Assembly (NCBI RefSeq): GCF_963921235.1
Contig: NC_086108.1
Coordinates: 52,888,001 to 52,952,000, forward strand
Length of the DNA: 64,000 nucleotides
Reading direction: 5' to 3'
Source: Mobula hypostoma
Lineage: Eukaryota
Below the pieces are notes generated by a model. That model was not told the origin of the DNA and ran no database searches. It worked only from the letters and a program-made list of their open reading frames with translations. The first letter of the stretch is position 1. The number at the start of each line of letters is the position of its first letter. Of this stretch, positions 1 to 14,155 are shown piece after piece. A program made the position numbers and the translations under genes.

Positions 1-650
1 TCTGCTGGCAACTTGTTCCACATTCTCACCACCCTCTGAGCGAAGAATTTCCTCCTCATATTCCCCTTAAACATTTCACCCTTCACTTGTAACCCGTAAG
101 ATCTCACCCAACCTAGGTGGAATAAGCTGCTTCTCCCTTCATTCTCCTATGCTCCAAGGAATAAAGTCCTAACCTATTCAAACTTCCCCTATAACTCATG
201 TCCTCAATCCCAGCAACATCCCTGTATAGTTTATCAGTACTCTTTCAATCTTATTACATCTTTCCTGTACGTGGCTGACCAGAACTGCACACAATACTCC
301 AGATTAGGCCTCACCAATGTCTTATACAACATCAACATAACATCCCAACTCATGTACTCAAATACTCTGATTTATGAAGGCCAAAGTACCAAAAGCTCTC
401 TTTATGACTCTCTTTATCTACCTGTGACATCACTTTCAAGGAATTATGGATCTGTGTTCCCAGATCCCTCTGGTCTACCACACTCCTCTGGTCCCTACTG
501 CTCACCATGTACAGTAAGCTCTTGCCTGTGTTTGTCCTCCAAAAGTGCAACAACTCACACTTATCTGCATTAAATTCCATTTACTATTTTTCAGTCCATT
601 TTTTCCAGGTGGCCCAAATCCCACTGCAAGCTTCGATAGCCTTCCATTCT
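1..650 (-). mobile_element. CR1-clade LINE, 3' part of ORF2 (decayed; runs off window start)
   Basis: Minus ORF 350-580 MEFNADKCELLHF...DQRDLGTQIHNSLKV is the CR1 post-RT motif; also contains the YCVQFWS-coding segment (ccagaactgcacacaatactcc on +). Confidence 0.9.
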
Positions 651-1097
651 GTTCGCCATGTTGTGTTGGTTGTTAATGTAAATGACACATTCAATTGTAT
701 GCTTCAATATACTGTATGAATAAATTAATCGGACCTGGATCTGAATTTATTTGAAGTATTGCACTAAGAGAAAGGGAACTGCAAAACTACATTTAACAGG
801 TTAGAAGTTATTATATTTATTTTGTACATTCACAGTAATAAAATATCCCAAGTCATCTCATAGGAGCATTATCAAACAAAATCTGACAATGGAAGTGCTA
901 TATCGATCAATCAAAGCATATTTATTATCAAAAAATGTATAAATTATGCACCTTGAAATTTGTCTGCTTACAGGCAGCTACAAGAAACTCAATAACCCAA
1001 TAAAAAAGACCGAAAACCACTGCACAGAGAAAGAGAGAGAAAAAAACACACACATCATGCAAACAATAGAAACAATATAAAGGTAAATCTGACTCAC

Positions 1098-1181
1098 CTC
1101 TTTTGATTCAGATATAAAGTAAAAACCCTCTCCTTTGAAGACATGGTTTTAACTATGTTGAGATAAATGGGTTTAGTGATC
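1098..1181 (-). other. Candidate 84-nt internal exon of an unidentified minus-strand transcript
   Basis: Acceptor ttattcttctaccag, donor GAG|gtgagt; one open frame (ITKPIYLNIVKTMSSKERVFTLYLNQK); protein not recognised. Confidence 0.3.
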
Positions 1182-2484
1182 CTGGTAGAAGAATAAGTGT
1201 TGGCCAGTATTCTTTCTTGTTCCTCTACGTAATCTCACATCAAACAATGTAGTTTCTATCGTAGTGATTAAAAATTACTCAAAATACAAAGTTTGAATTT
1301 TAAAAATTCTTAGTCCTTTATGACCAAATGGATCGGGCTACCTGAGCAGTTGTTTATGTTTTGAACATCTTTCTTCAGGTTTGCCTGAACAACAATGACA
1401 GGTTCACTCCACAATGTTTTTTTTCAGGAGGGTCCGGAAGGAGCAAGCCAGTGGCTTGCCAGTTTGCTAGAATCGTTTCCTCCGTTCATCAGTTATAATG
1501 ATAATTGCTTAAAGTTGTGGAATATGATTTCATCAACAAACTCTCTAACCAACAATCCAATAGAAGTATCTTCAGCAAATCAACTGTACTGGTTTCATTA
1601 TCATCACATGAGTAATAAGTTAAAGGCAATGAATACTGGCCTTGTCAGTATTGTACACATTATGAAAAATTAATTTAATATAATCTCAAAAAGAAAACCA
1701 CTTGCTTATAACTTTCAAATCATTTTCTCTGGAACTAAATGGTTTTATCACTCTTAATTCTTTCTTTAAGCCACTGCCCCCTACCCCAACATCAATCAAG
1801 ATTTCATCAAGATATTATCTGTTCTGAAGGCTTTAACTACCAGAGTTTCTAAATGCAATGGATTGCACATGTTAGGTAAGCAAAATTACATATTCTTCAC
1901 AGAAAATGTGTTTGGGATAAAATTCTGTATGTTCAAAACATAGTTATATAGATGATGCCAAAATGCTGTCTTATATCAGATGTATATGATTAATTGCAAA
2001 GAAAGACAACCCAAAATCAAAAAAGAAGGAATACTGTATTCAGAAATATTTAAGTAGCTCAAAGTATTGATTCACTTTTGAAGCAACTGTAAGATTGCTT
2101 GATGAAGTACTATTATTATCAATGAAACTCATGATACAGTTAAAGAGAGCATTTTTGTACAGAGAATATGTAAACACCTAAATGTGACACTGCTATGTGA
2201 ATGTCGTGCCAATTAATACTTAGTCAGTGGGCTATCAACAACAAAACATTAATGATATTTGTGTTGAGAAAAAGGTTTGCCAATCTCTTAAAGCTATTCT
2301 TATTGGGGGAAATCAGGCCATAGGAAATAGTAACAAAAAGATCATAATCTTGAGCTTACATCACACCTTTCATATCCTGAAGATGTCCCAGAGCACTTTA
2401 TTGCCCACAAGAGTTTTCTTGATATGTAATCATAGTTATAATGTAGAAAAGACAATTAAATATTAAACATAATTGGATCTTACA

Positions 2485-2655
2485 AATGGAAAGGAATAAA
2501 CAGTTGAAGCATCAGGTGAAGACTCTTCATCAGGACTTGGCCCGAAATGTCGCCTGGCTATTCCTCTCCATAGATGCTGCTTGACCTGCTGAGTTCCTCT
2601 GGCATTTTGTGTTTGTTGCTCTGGATTTCCAGTGTCTGCAGACTCTCTTGTGGTT
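2485..2655. mobile_element. Short decayed Penelope-like (Neptune-type) terminal fragment with internal inversion
   Basis: gactcttcatcaggac (minus-sense hammerhead remnant) joined to ggcccgaaatgtcg...tagatgctgcttgacctgctgagttcctc...ggatttccagtgtctgcaga, the terminus shared with other PLE copies in the window. Confidence 0.75.
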
Positions 2656-3169
2656 GTATCCTACAAAAAACAGTTATATGTGATTAGTTTCAGGATTTCT
2701 GTTAACCTAATGAAAAGCTAGTAAATTGTATAAGGAAAAAAAAAATTTAAAAAAAACAGGGACTTGTCCAGGAATTTAATTTTCTTTCGGAGGGGAATAT
2801 TAAATAAAATAATATCAAGTATATATACAATTATTTAATATAAATAATGATTATTAGGGATCCTGGCCCTTTACTCCTACCTGTACAAAACTCTGCAAAT
2901 TAAAGTCATTCACATTCCACAATGTACAATGTACTGAATAATATTCCCAAATATATTCTAAATAAAATCTATCCCTATAATCTCTCATGCCCCAATGCCA
3001 AGAAGGAGCTCATTACTTAATAATTACTTCTATTGAAAGAACATACAATGCTTCACTTGTTCTAAGAAAAAAAAAGAATATCCAGCCTTAGGAGTAATTT
3101 GTTGATCTTCAATTTATGCTCTTGTGCTCTGCAGTCTTGAAAATAAAAATGTAGAAGCAAAAATCATCA

Positions 3170-5330
3170 AAGAACATAAAAAAACAGGAGCAGAAGAATA
3201 GGCAATCCCTCAATTTGAGACTGCAATCCCTGGTTCCAGCCACTCCTGCCAACATTAACATTGCATCTATTCTGTGAGCAACCTAAAGAATTTTGTATGT
3301 TTGAATGAGATCATACAATTTTCTTTTCAATGCAAGGGAGTACAGGCCTAGTCTGCTTAATTTCTTCTCACACAGCAAACCCACCATTCCAGGAATATAT
3401 CGGGGTGAGCTTTGACTGCACCTCCTCTCTCACAACTATTTTCCTTTTATGTGGGAAAGCTGGATCTATACAGAATATTCCCTAATGAAATCTCACTTGG
3501 CTTCATATAATTGGAGCAAACTCAAATTCTTTTGCAATATAGACCATTATACCATTTGCCTTCTTAATTGCTTGCTAAACTTGCAATGTTAATTTATGAT
3601 AGTATGAGTACAGCCACCTAAGTCCTTGTTAACATGACAGCTTTCAATCTCTCACATTAAAAATACTCTAGAATATAGAAGAGTATAGCACAAGGCCAGG
3701 TCCTCTGCACTGATCATAATGTCTTTGTAAACTAATCCCATTTGCCCGTACTAGGTTAGTACCTCTCTTTTGCCAGCCTGCCAATGTGTCTGTCTAAATG
3801 CTTCTGAAACTTTGTTATCATATCTGTTTCTACTGCTTCCCCTCGCAGCACATTCCAGGCACCAACCATCCTCTGAGTAAAAATCTTGCCTTATAAATCT
3901 TGTTTATATTTTCCTCCTCTCACATTAAACCTGTGCCCTCTAGTATTTTACATTTCGATCCTGGGAAAGACTTTGGCCATCTACCCTATCTATGCCTCTC
4001 ATAATTTTATGTTCCTGTCACACCACCCCATAGCCTCTAATGCTCCAGAGAAAACTAAGTTTTAACAACCCCTCCTTATAGCTAATACTGTCCTATCCTG
4101 TCAACATCTTGTGCATCTCTGCTGTACCTTCATCAAAGCCCACACATCCTTCTATAACGTATTGAATGAGACTGGACACAATTCTCCAAAGTTTTATACA
4201 ACTACAACATGACCTCCGACTTTTGTACTCAATACCCTGATTGATGAAGGCAAGTACGCTGTGTCCATATGTTGCCACTTTTAAGGAGCTATGAACATAA
4301 ACCCCAAGATCCCTGTCATGCTTTGGTCTGATCACCAGGGGGTGCAAGAGTCCTCCAGGCTCTGATGCTCCTCCTCCCAATTATTACTTGATTATTTTCA
4401 TCTGTGTTTTGTTTTAGTTATCAGTGCACCTTTGCCTTGTTTTACTTCTCTATTTAAGTTCCCTCTGTATTGCTTGTCTTTGCTCAGTCTTGAGTTTACC
4501 TACACTGTGTGTAGTGATTCTTGAGTCATAGCTTGTGTTTTCTACAAACCAATCCACAAGTAAAGATCCGTTGTTCAACTCCATGTTTGTCTCTGGACTC
4601 CTCTGCACTTGGGTCCACCTGGTCTAAGCCACTCTTGGTAGTCCAATGGTTGCAGATACTTCATAACAACCCTGGATCAAACCCAGTCTGGCAACCATCC
4701 CTCCGTACATCAATGCACCTAAGGATTCTGCAATTTACCGTATATTTTCCTAAGGCATTTGACCTCAACTTGTCCAGACTAAACTCAATCTATCACAGTA
4801 TTTCTCCACCCATATTTTTAATTGATTTATATACTGCAATATACATATCCTTTGAAAACCTTCACTGGGCCCCACAATACCATCAATCTTTATTTAGTCT
4901 GCAGCTTCCTAATCATACTAGCTACATTTGTGATGAAATCATCTAACATGTTATGAATGACAGAGGTCCTAGCATAGATCCTGTGAACACCACCAGATCT
5001 TGAACACAGACCTTCAGTCAAAATAACACCTCTCTGCATTCTCTTCATATTGCATACTGCTTAGTATCATCAGCAAACTTGGATATATTTATCCCTGCAT
5101 ACAAAACACTGATATTTGTGACATCTGGAGGGCTACCATTGACTCCTGTGATATTCCAATGGCCAACACCAATCAGAAAATAACCCATTTATTCTCTTCT
5201 CTTGTCTTCTGTCCATTATCCACTTCTCAATTCATGCTAGTATTGTACTCTATTCTAAGCTGTTTTCTATTTTTAATTAACCTTCTCTTCTGCGGCACCT
5301 TATAGGAAACCTTCATATGCATCATATGAA
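3170..5330 (-). mobile_element. Cluster of decayed CR1 fragments (main copy about 3670-5040, interrupted by a solo LTR)
   Basis: Minus ORF 4093-4380 contains RDLGVYVHSSLKVAT...LAFINQGIEYKSR; CR1 3' tails (tagaagagtatagcacaagg) and RT segments (tcatcagcaaactt = KFADD antisense). Confidence 0.8.
4314..4697 (+). mobile_element. Solo LTR (Gypsy-like), 384 bp, inserted in CR1
   Basis: TG...CA termini; 4-bp TSD tccc (4310-4313 / 4698-4701); removal restores CR1 ccaagatccctccgtacatcaatg; internal TATA-like tatttaa, agtaaa polyA-like signal and ctctgcacttgggtcc U5-like motif. Confidence 0.75.
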
Positions 5331-6240
5331 CTTCTCTTTAGATTTTCAATGTAAGGAAGAAAACATTTGATAAGTATTTTCATTTTCCAAATGGTTCATG
5401 AATCTTCAAAAATGTTGATGAAGAAAACACATATGTTCCTTTCTAAAGCATCTGTACTATGGATATCATTTATCAGAATATCCTTCAATCCTTTTCTGTC
5501 AAGAAGCACATTTAGTTGTCTCTCAAGTTTATTTACATTGCAATGCTATTTCTTGGTTACTGATTCAAGCAAATAATTTGGTCTGACTTCCCTTATTAGC
5601 CTTAACTTCATAATGTTCCCAGACTGGTAGGAATATATTAGCCCTGTTTCACTACATAATAGTACACTATGTAGCATGATTTAACCTTTCACCTTTGACA
5701 GCCAGCATTAACAACTGTCCATTATAACTGGACAATATTTGTGAAACCCTAGGGAAGTCAAGCATCAATGCTCTGCTGAAAGGTCAACCTATAAAAATTT
5801 AATCTATCTTGTTTCTTTGCTGATATGTACATTTTCGGTCTTTATTTCTTGTTTGGATACTATCCGACAAAAGCTGACTGCTAGAAGCTTGTGCAAATTT
5901 GCCATGATCCTAGATTAAGGTGATGAAGTTTATCTTGGGGCTGTGGCATAACGTAGATGGCGGAATAATAAGCAGCATGTTTTACACTCTGTCTGATTTT
6001 CTTTTTGCGTTGTTTGCAAGACACTTTCAGTCACTGGTTACCTTCAAGAATATTTCACCCTCAATGAATTCATGGGGGCTATATGCTTTGTTGGTGGGGT
6101 TGTGGAGGAAAGGGCATCACAGCACAATTCAATCCTAATCTCAAGCAACATTCCCAATTTGAATTTTCCACATGACTCAATTAATCCCCAATAAACACTC
6201 GCCTTTGTGTTATCCTTTACTACCCTCTGGGATTAATAAG

Positions 6241-6575
6241 GAGTCACCGTGGCACAGCCTGTGGTGCTGCTACCTTGTAGCCCCCGTTACCTAGGCTCGG
6301 TACTCATCTCTGGTCCTGTTTTTGTAGAGTTGGACATTCTCCCTGGGACTGTCTTAGTACCCTCTGGGCACTCTGATTTCCTCCCACATCCCAAAGATGT
6401 GTGGGCTAGGAGATGAATTGTTTACTTTGGTTTGCCTCTACTCTGCAGGCAAGTGGTGGAATTTGAGAATGAGGGAAGAATAGGTTGTAGAGAAAAAACA
6501 ATGGGAATGGGAGTGCTCTTTGAGAAACAAAAGACTTAATGAACTAAATAGCCTCCTTCTCTGTCATAAGGAAAT
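6241..6575 (+). mobile_element. Old V-SINE (HE1-like)
   Basis: tRNA-like head (gtggcacagc...ggctcg), V-domain-like tgtagagttggacattctccc...gatttcctcccacatcccaaagatgt, CR1-like tail (aaatagcctccttct). Confidence 0.75.
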
Positions 6576-7054
6576 TGGCAATATGGCTGCTGTTGATTAC
6601 ATATCATAGAAGCTAGCTTAGCTTTGACAACACTGAATTTCTCCTGTGTTGGATCTAACTGTTTAATTCTTAGATTACACTGTTCAGTTGCAGTTTTAAC
6701 AATTAATTATGTTTGTATTTTATATAATTGCTTACTGTATATACAATACAAATAACTGCATACTATGCTTGCTAGTGGTAATATTATGTCTATAGTATAC
6801 GTGTTTAGTATGTCCCCCTGGTGGTTGCATTGGTATAATACAAGTATGATTCTGGAAGCTTCTCTTGGTATTGTATTATTTGAATAAGTGCTTTTTCTAT
6901 TGTTAACTCTTATCTACAGATTTGAATGGAGTTTTTTCTTATCTATGGTATAAAATAGTTGACCACAAAGCAGTGCCATCTTATTTCTTTGACTCAACCT
7001 CTCTTCAATTGGTAGACCTCTGTCACTGTCCATTTTCAACTCTCTCTCTATTCC

Positions 7055-7262
7055 ATTGTTGATCCTTTTCACACCTTGTGGCACATTGGACGGCATTTTT
7101 GTTGTTTCCACAGTATTTGACTGTTTTTTTACGAGGCAGAGTTTCTAGCTTGACGCTCAAACCAGCACAGATGGAAAAGGTGTGCAAGGAGCCGGCCGGA
7201 TTCAAACTCGGGACCATTCACCTTGAAGTCCTATGCTAATGCCACTACACTACCAGCCAGCT
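7055..7262 (-). mobile_element. tRNA-derived SINE with RTE-like body and tail
   Basis: Minus: A box (tagtgtagtgg), B box (gagtttgaatcc), then ttccatctgtgctggtttgagcgtcaagctagaaactctgcctcgtaaaaaa; same head and body as 32757-32974. Confidence 0.75.
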
Positions 7263-10200
7263 AGTTTATTCTATTCATGTGTAATAAAACAATCATGAAG
7301 CAACAAGTTTTGTGCCTCCTTTCCTGACTTCTGAAATAACCTTGGATTAAAACATTAGAATCTAACACCAGTTATCTGATCCAATGCCAAAGTGTGCAAT
7401 TCACTCAGATAAATAACCATTTAAGGGTGGTCATTTTTGAAGTCTTTATTTGAATACAGGAAGGTCTTAAATGCCCTCCAGCCTGTACTGTAAAATTTAG
7501 GTCCAAAGTGAATAAAAACTAACCAGAATTGCACTAAAGTATACTTGAAATGTTTCCATACATTTAGAATTATGGTTGTAGATAAATCTCTGACTATTCC
7601 TTTAAGTATGTCAGAAGTGCCAACGCATCACCTGGAACTTTCCAAATGCAGGTGGTATATTTATAGTTTTGTTTCAGTACAATGCATTTGAATTGTGTAG
7701 ACAAGGTTAGTTGACTCTCCTATTCAACCAGCAGTCTTCTCACAGCTGAATTCCCATGGGTCAATGGAAAAGATTGCAAAGGGGTTGCTTGTTTACAACC
7801 TGAAGTCCCATCACCCTGACAATCACATTACAGAACACAGAAATGCTTTATCAAGACCAAAACTCTAAAAAGCTTCTAAAAATGCTTTTAATTTTTAATA
7901 TACCTTTTGAGTTGTTCAGTGAAGTTGTGGAGGGGATTCAACCATTTCGAGATTGATATGCTTTTGTGATGCAATGAAATGTATGAAAATTCTTGCTTCT
8001 TGTTTTGTCTAGCTGTGAGATTCAACCCTCGATGGATCAGCTAGTTTACATAAAATTAGAGCAAAATTAAGTTCAAAATCATGTTCATTTCTTCAGACAG
8101 GGATAGCCAATTCCATGATATTGAGATCTGGATAGAATATATATTTTTGTTGCTTATGTAAATATATAACTACCAAGCAAACAAAACAAAGACTATATTT
8201 ACAGTAATGGTAAGTTTAGAACACAGTGACTTCAGGTTCTTTTTAAAAGATCACTCATCTGAAGTTCTAAAAAAGCAGATGTATAGTTGCAGGATATTCC
8301 TAGAAACTGCTCCAAGTAATCAAAAATATCATTAAAATGAGGATATACAACACAATTGGTTAGATTAAGAAAAGAAAGCACCAGCTAATCCAGTAACCAG
8401 CTAGGCCGCAAGAATTGGCCATCTTTCTCTGTGTGTGTCAGGGAAAATAGACTGATGGATCACTTTGCTGTGTCAAAAGCTGCGACTGGTGACAATCAGG
8501 GAAATGATTGTGTCTGCCTCTACACATATTTGTAATTGATTGCCCAAACCCTAAGACTCTCTTTTGCTGTTGATATGATGGAACATTGTACCACAATCAC
8601 TCCAGATGAGGAGGAGCTGAGGCCATTTGTTATTTACTTGTGTGAGTTTCCCCTCTCTCACTCTTTTCCGATTCTGCCGCAAGAACACATTATGGTAATA
8701 AGTGGAAATGTGTGTACAGGAATCAATCAAAGAGTATGGCTTTACAAGACTTATGACGTTGCAAACTCTGTTTGTAACTTTTGATTTATGGAAGAATTTC
8801 AATTTTATAAATTGAGAATGAGGCATGGTGGGAAGTTTTAACTCCTTGACTGCTCCAAGATATATAGCTACTTGTCCATCATCAGTTTTTTTTGTATAAC
8901 TAATGATTTTCAGTATGCACTATCAAGAAATCCAAGTCTGCATGGACACCATGGTGTTATTTTGTTAAACAATAGCAAATCGCTAGCTGCATTTCTTGCT
9001 TAATTAACATTAAACTACCCTTTCCCTGCAGAGTTAATATAAATCATTTTTTTTCCACTGAGGCATGACCAATTGACATTGAGGGATGTGTGCCCATGAG
9101 TACCAGGGTGCAAAAAGCTGGGGTAAACAAATTTTAACCTGAATTTTCTTGTACATTCTGAAATTCCAGTGTAAACTACAAATCAGTGTATGATAACCGT
9201 AACACAAATACTAAACAGTGTATGAAAACAAGTTTGGTTTCTACTGCACTAAACCTGGTTTCCTCCCTGCTCCCCTTGCGCACATACAGTGATATATTAC
9301 ATGTAGCAAGAACAACTTTTAAGATATAGCTGTAAAATGCAAGCTACATCTTTTATTCAGAAAGGTTGTCAATGATTTCTGACAGCATTGAAACAACTCA
9401 GATTCCAGCTAGCACTTCCTGCCAGTTTATATATATGGACAGAGATTGCTTTTAGTTGGAACGAGAATTTACAATGACCAAGACATGGTAAATGAACTTT
9501 TTGTTAAAATGAATGAATCATTCATTTTATTTTGCATTCAAAAATTTAGGAAAGGGAAATATAATCGCATAGATAGAATATTTTAATAGCAATTAGAAAA
9601 AGGGCAAAGCCAAAAGCAGGAACATCTAAATAAGGATCAATCATCTGAGTTTCATTTCAGAAATAGCATGAAGAAGTTACACAGATATTTCCCTGGTAGT
9701 GTTGAAGTAAAGCATTGCAACTCGTATCACATTCACAATGTACTGAATATACAGACAAGATTCAGAAAATATCAAAGGAAGAATTCATCTTTCCTTTTGC
9801 CTCTTAGGATGTTTTTTTTCAATTTATGCTGGTAAATGTTGCACTACCTAATGTGTTTCTGAAGCACATAGACAGGAAGATAGCACATTTATTTATTGCC
9901 TTGATGGAATGCATTAATTGATCTTAGTAAAGGCAGCATGCAGAGAAGAGGGGCTTTGCAATTGACCCCTTTATGTCTAGACTGTGTAAAAACACAAAAA
10001 CCTCAAATTGTTACCCAGTGAGAACTGCTCACCAGCACTAACATAAAGATATTCAATAAGGATGACTTTAGGTACATCTGTGGTGTCCCTGTGGTTGAAT
10101 AGTTTTGTCCACATTAAATTGTGAAGAAAAAACTAGTTTGATTAGACACTATACTGATATCCAAAGTACACAGCACATCAATGGAAAAGATGGAAAAGTT

Positions 10201-10819
10201 TGCAGTCTATACTTTATCACTTGGGTTTCTCACAGTGAATTTGGAAAGATGAGATTTTTTTATTCGTTAAGTTTTGCTAATTTTATTTTGTATTCTCTAT
10301 TTTATTAGTGGCTTTGAGTTTTATATATACTGCAAATATTTGCTCTTTTGGGCCCTACATCCTTTCCTGCAGCTGAAAAATGTTACACTCCCTCAGTGAC
10401 ATTTGCCTGTTCAATATAATAACCAGGAACATAACTCTGTTATAACATCACGGGTTGCTAAAAATTAGAGCTCACGTTGTTTTTGACAAATCTAGAGTAA
10501 AACTCCAACTGTGCTGTACAAAAATCTATCTGAGTAAATGTTGCTTAAGTCAACACAAGATAAATCTGAAAATCAAGACAAAATTGCAAATGCTGGAAAT
10601 CTGAAAAAAGAACCCACAGAAAATACTGAAGCAGCATCTGCAAAAGGAGAAACAAATTAACCCTTCAGGTCTAGAACCCCTCTTATCTGATGTGTATGAC
10701 CAGTCTCTTTAGCCATTACAAATGGTTAAATTATGTGAAACCTGAATTTTAAACTTCCATGGAATATGCAAAAGTTAAGGAAATAAAGTGTCATGCTTGG
10801 AAATCTGAAAAAAAAGAGG

Positions 10820-12135
10820 CACAAACATGAGAAAATCTTCAGATGCTGGAAATTCAAGCAACACACACAAAATGCTGGTGAATGCAGCAGGCCAGGCAGC
10901 ACCTAAAGGAAGAGGTACAGTCAATGTTTTGGGCCGAGACCCTTCGTCAGGACTAATTGAAAAAAGAGATAATAAGAGATTTGAAAGTGGGAGGGGGAGG
11001 AGGAGATCTGAAATGATAGGAGAAGACAGGAGGGGGAGGGAAGAAGCTAAGAGCTGGAAAGTTGACTGGCAAAAGGGATGCAGAGTTGGAGAAGGGGGAG
11101 GATCATGGGACAGGAGGCCCAGGGAGAAAGAAAGGGGGAGGGGAGCCCAGAGGAAGATGGAGAGCAGGCAAGGCGTAATTGTGAGAGGGACAGAGAGAGA
11201 AGAAAAAAAAGGGGGAATAAAAATAAATAAGGGATGAGGCAAGAAGGGGAGGAGGGGCATTAACAGAAGTTAGAGAAATCAATGTTCATGCCATCAGTTG
11301 GAGGGAACCCAGACGGAATATAAGGTGTTGTTCAGCCAACCTGAGTGTGGCTTCATTTTGACAGTAGAGGAGGCCGTGAATAGACATGTCAGAATGGGAA
11401 TGGGATGTGGAATTAAAAGGTGTGGCCACTGGGAGATCCTGCTTTCTCTGGCGGACAGAGCATAGGTGTTTAGCGAAACGGTCTCCCAGTCTGCATCGGG
11501 TCTCACCAATATATAGAAGGCCACATCGGGAGGACTGGACGCAGTATATCACCCCAGCTGACTCACAGGTGAAGTGTCGTCTCATCTGGAAGGACAGTCT
11601 GGGGCCCTGAATGGTGGTGAGGAAGGAAGTGTAAGGGCAGGTGTAGCACTTGTTCCACTTACAAGGATAAGTGCCGGGAGGGAGATTGGTGGGAAAGAAT
11701 GGGGGAGACGAATGGGCAACAGAGTCGCGTAGGGAGCAATCCCTGCGGAAAACAGAGAGAGCGGGGGGAGGGAAAGATGTGCTTAGTGGTGGGATCCCAT
11801 TGGAGGTGGCGGAAGTTACGGAGAATTATATGTTGGACCCAGAGGCTGGTGGAGTGGTAGGTGAGGACAAGGGGAACCCTATTCTTAGCGGGGTGGCGGG
11901 AGGATGGGGTGAGAGCAGATGTGCGTGAAATGGGAGAGATGTGTTTGACAGCAGAGTTGATGGTGGAGGAAGGGAAGCCTCTTTCTGTAAAAAAGGAAAA
12001 GCCTCATCCTGAGAGCAGATGCGGCGGAGACGGAGGAATTGCGAGAAGGGGATAGCATTTTTGCAAGAGACAGGGTGGGAAGAGGAATAGTTCAGATAGC
12101 TGTGAGAGTCCGTAGGCTTATAGTAGACATCAGTA
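10820..12135 (-). mobile_element. Penelope-like element (Neptune-type), 5'-truncated: GIY-YIG endonuclease remnant plus 3' pLTR
   Basis: Minus ORF 11286-11585 FTCESAGVIYCVQSSRCGLLYIGETRCRLGDRFAKH...VATPFN...EQHLIFRLGSL is a PLE GIY-YIG; pyrimidine-rich 3' region and a mutated hammerhead at about 10918-10955. Confidence 0.92.
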
Positions 12136-13674
12136 CAAGTTACATTACTGACTCTTAATTTTCATTCATCATTAATTGGTGGAAAACCATGTAGCGCAGG
12201 TTATTCGTGGTTTTCAAGGAACAAAAGATGAACATTTCAGAGCTGCAATGTCTATTGTGGCATAACTAAGGTACAGAAAGATAAAACAGGGTGAAAGAGA
12301 AAAACAGGGAACTTGAATGTAATAGCTGGAGTAAAATCGTTCCAGTGAACTAAAAACCAAAGCAGTCCTTACCCCTGGGAGGAAAACAGATTGGATGGCA
12401 TTCATAAAGTGTGCAGTCAGCAGGTCTGGGAACTTTGCAAGATATTAGGTCTGTAAATCCGAGGTGCAAATTGTTTGTGGGATCTTCATTAAGCTCCTTA
12501 TAATATTGTCATTTGCAATCAGCTCAGTAGAAAAACAGAGCACCGAAAGGGGAGGAAAATCATTTGATCCACTGAACCATCTTGGGTCTGATTATGCAGA
12601 TAAGGTCAGTGGTCAGTTATAGGTGACATTTTGGGTCAGGATTCAGGACTAGAGAGATAGAACCTTCTATGTACATCTGTGAATGACCTGATGAAACAAA
12701 ACTCTCCAGAGGAATATTTTTTTATATGAAGTCAGCTGCTTTTTTTGCAGATTGCTATCTTGGCCTAAAGATCCTGCTGACGGTACTAGTAGCCATATCA
12801 CCGGGTCAGAGTCTGGGCACCCAGCATGATGGCAATTGATGCATTTGAGGAAATGTTTTGAGTAAACACCCTTTACCTTATTTCAACAGCTTTAATCTTA
12901 ACTAAATCCTGTGTATGCACAAGTATGTAAACACATATTATATATACCTACACATATTTATTGAGGTGCATATGTAAATATTTCATGACAAATTAAAAAT
13001 AGAAACATCCAATAAAGGTATGAACATAAGATTTGACTATGACATATATTTCAAAAGAGGAAAATGATTGAGGGCACGACAGAAAGATGGATTGATCATA
13101 GAAATGAAAGGCTTGAAGGAGAAAAACCCACACATTTTATATTCCAGTAATGTCCAAATAAATGGAGAGTGATGTAGAAAAAGAAATATCAGCAGCAGGG
13201 GTCAGGAGGTAAGAAGTGAAGTAAGATGATAGAGGGATTTGTAAGTGGGTATGACATTTTAGAATCAGTAGTTGGGAAGACGAAATCCAGAGGAAGGGTG
13301 TAAGGTAAGGATTTTAGTGAAGTAAACTTTCCAGGAGTTGGTAAACTTGTGGAGGAGGGACAGCTATGCAACCACATATGATTTGTCATATAATGAAGGC
13401 AATAAACAAATGTCTGCAGCACAGTGAAATGTACTATGGCACAACAGAGAGCTTTGGGAAAATTTTTTGTCTACGTTATTGTGAATGTTGACAATGTATT
13501 AGCAATGGATCAGTGGCCTTTTGTGTACATAAAATGAACGACAAAACTTTGCTAAAATGGCTGCACAGTTGAGTCATAAATGTAAAACAAGTTTAAAAGA
13601 TATTTACCCAAAAATATTTGTTCTCATCATGGAATGCAACATTTTTGCACTCTGAATAATCAATGCCACTTAAA

Positions 13675-14155
13675 CAAAAACAACAGGAATTCTGCAGATG
13701 CTGGAAATTCAAGCAACACACATCAAAGTTGCTGGTGAACGCAGCAGGCCAAGCAGCATCTATGGGAAGAGGCGCAGTCGACGTTTCAGGCCGAGACCCT
13801 TTGTCAGGACTAACTGAAGGAAGAGTGAGTAAGGGATTTGAAAGCTGGAGGGGGAGGGGGAGATGCAAAATGATAGGAGAAGACAGGAGGGGGAGGGATA
13901 GAGCCGAGAGCTGGACAGGTGATAGGCAAAAGGGGATACGAGAGGATCATGGGACAGGAGGTCCGGGAAGAAAGATGGGGGGGGGTGACCCAGAGGATGG
14001 GCAAGAGGTATATTCAGAGGGACAGAGGGAGAAAAAGGAGAGTGAGAGAAAGAATGTGTGTATAAAAATGAGTAACAGATGGGGTACGAGGGGGAGGTGG
14101 GGCCTAGCGGAAGTTAGAGAAGTCAATGTTCATGCCATCAGGTTGGAGGCTACCC
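13675..14155 (-). mobile_element. Penelope-like (Neptune-type) 3' fragment with 12-bp TSD
   Basis: TSD atgccacttaaa at 13663-13674 and 14156-14167; highly similar to 10820-11310; hammerhead remnant CTGACAAAGGGTCTCGGCCTGAAACGTC on minus at about 13776-13811. Confidence 0.92.

Noticed and set aside
1771..1875. Plus-strand exon-like segment (tttctttaag|...TAG|gtaagc, one open frame)
   Set aside because: No partner exons or recognisable peptide; shows that such matches arise on both strands by chance.
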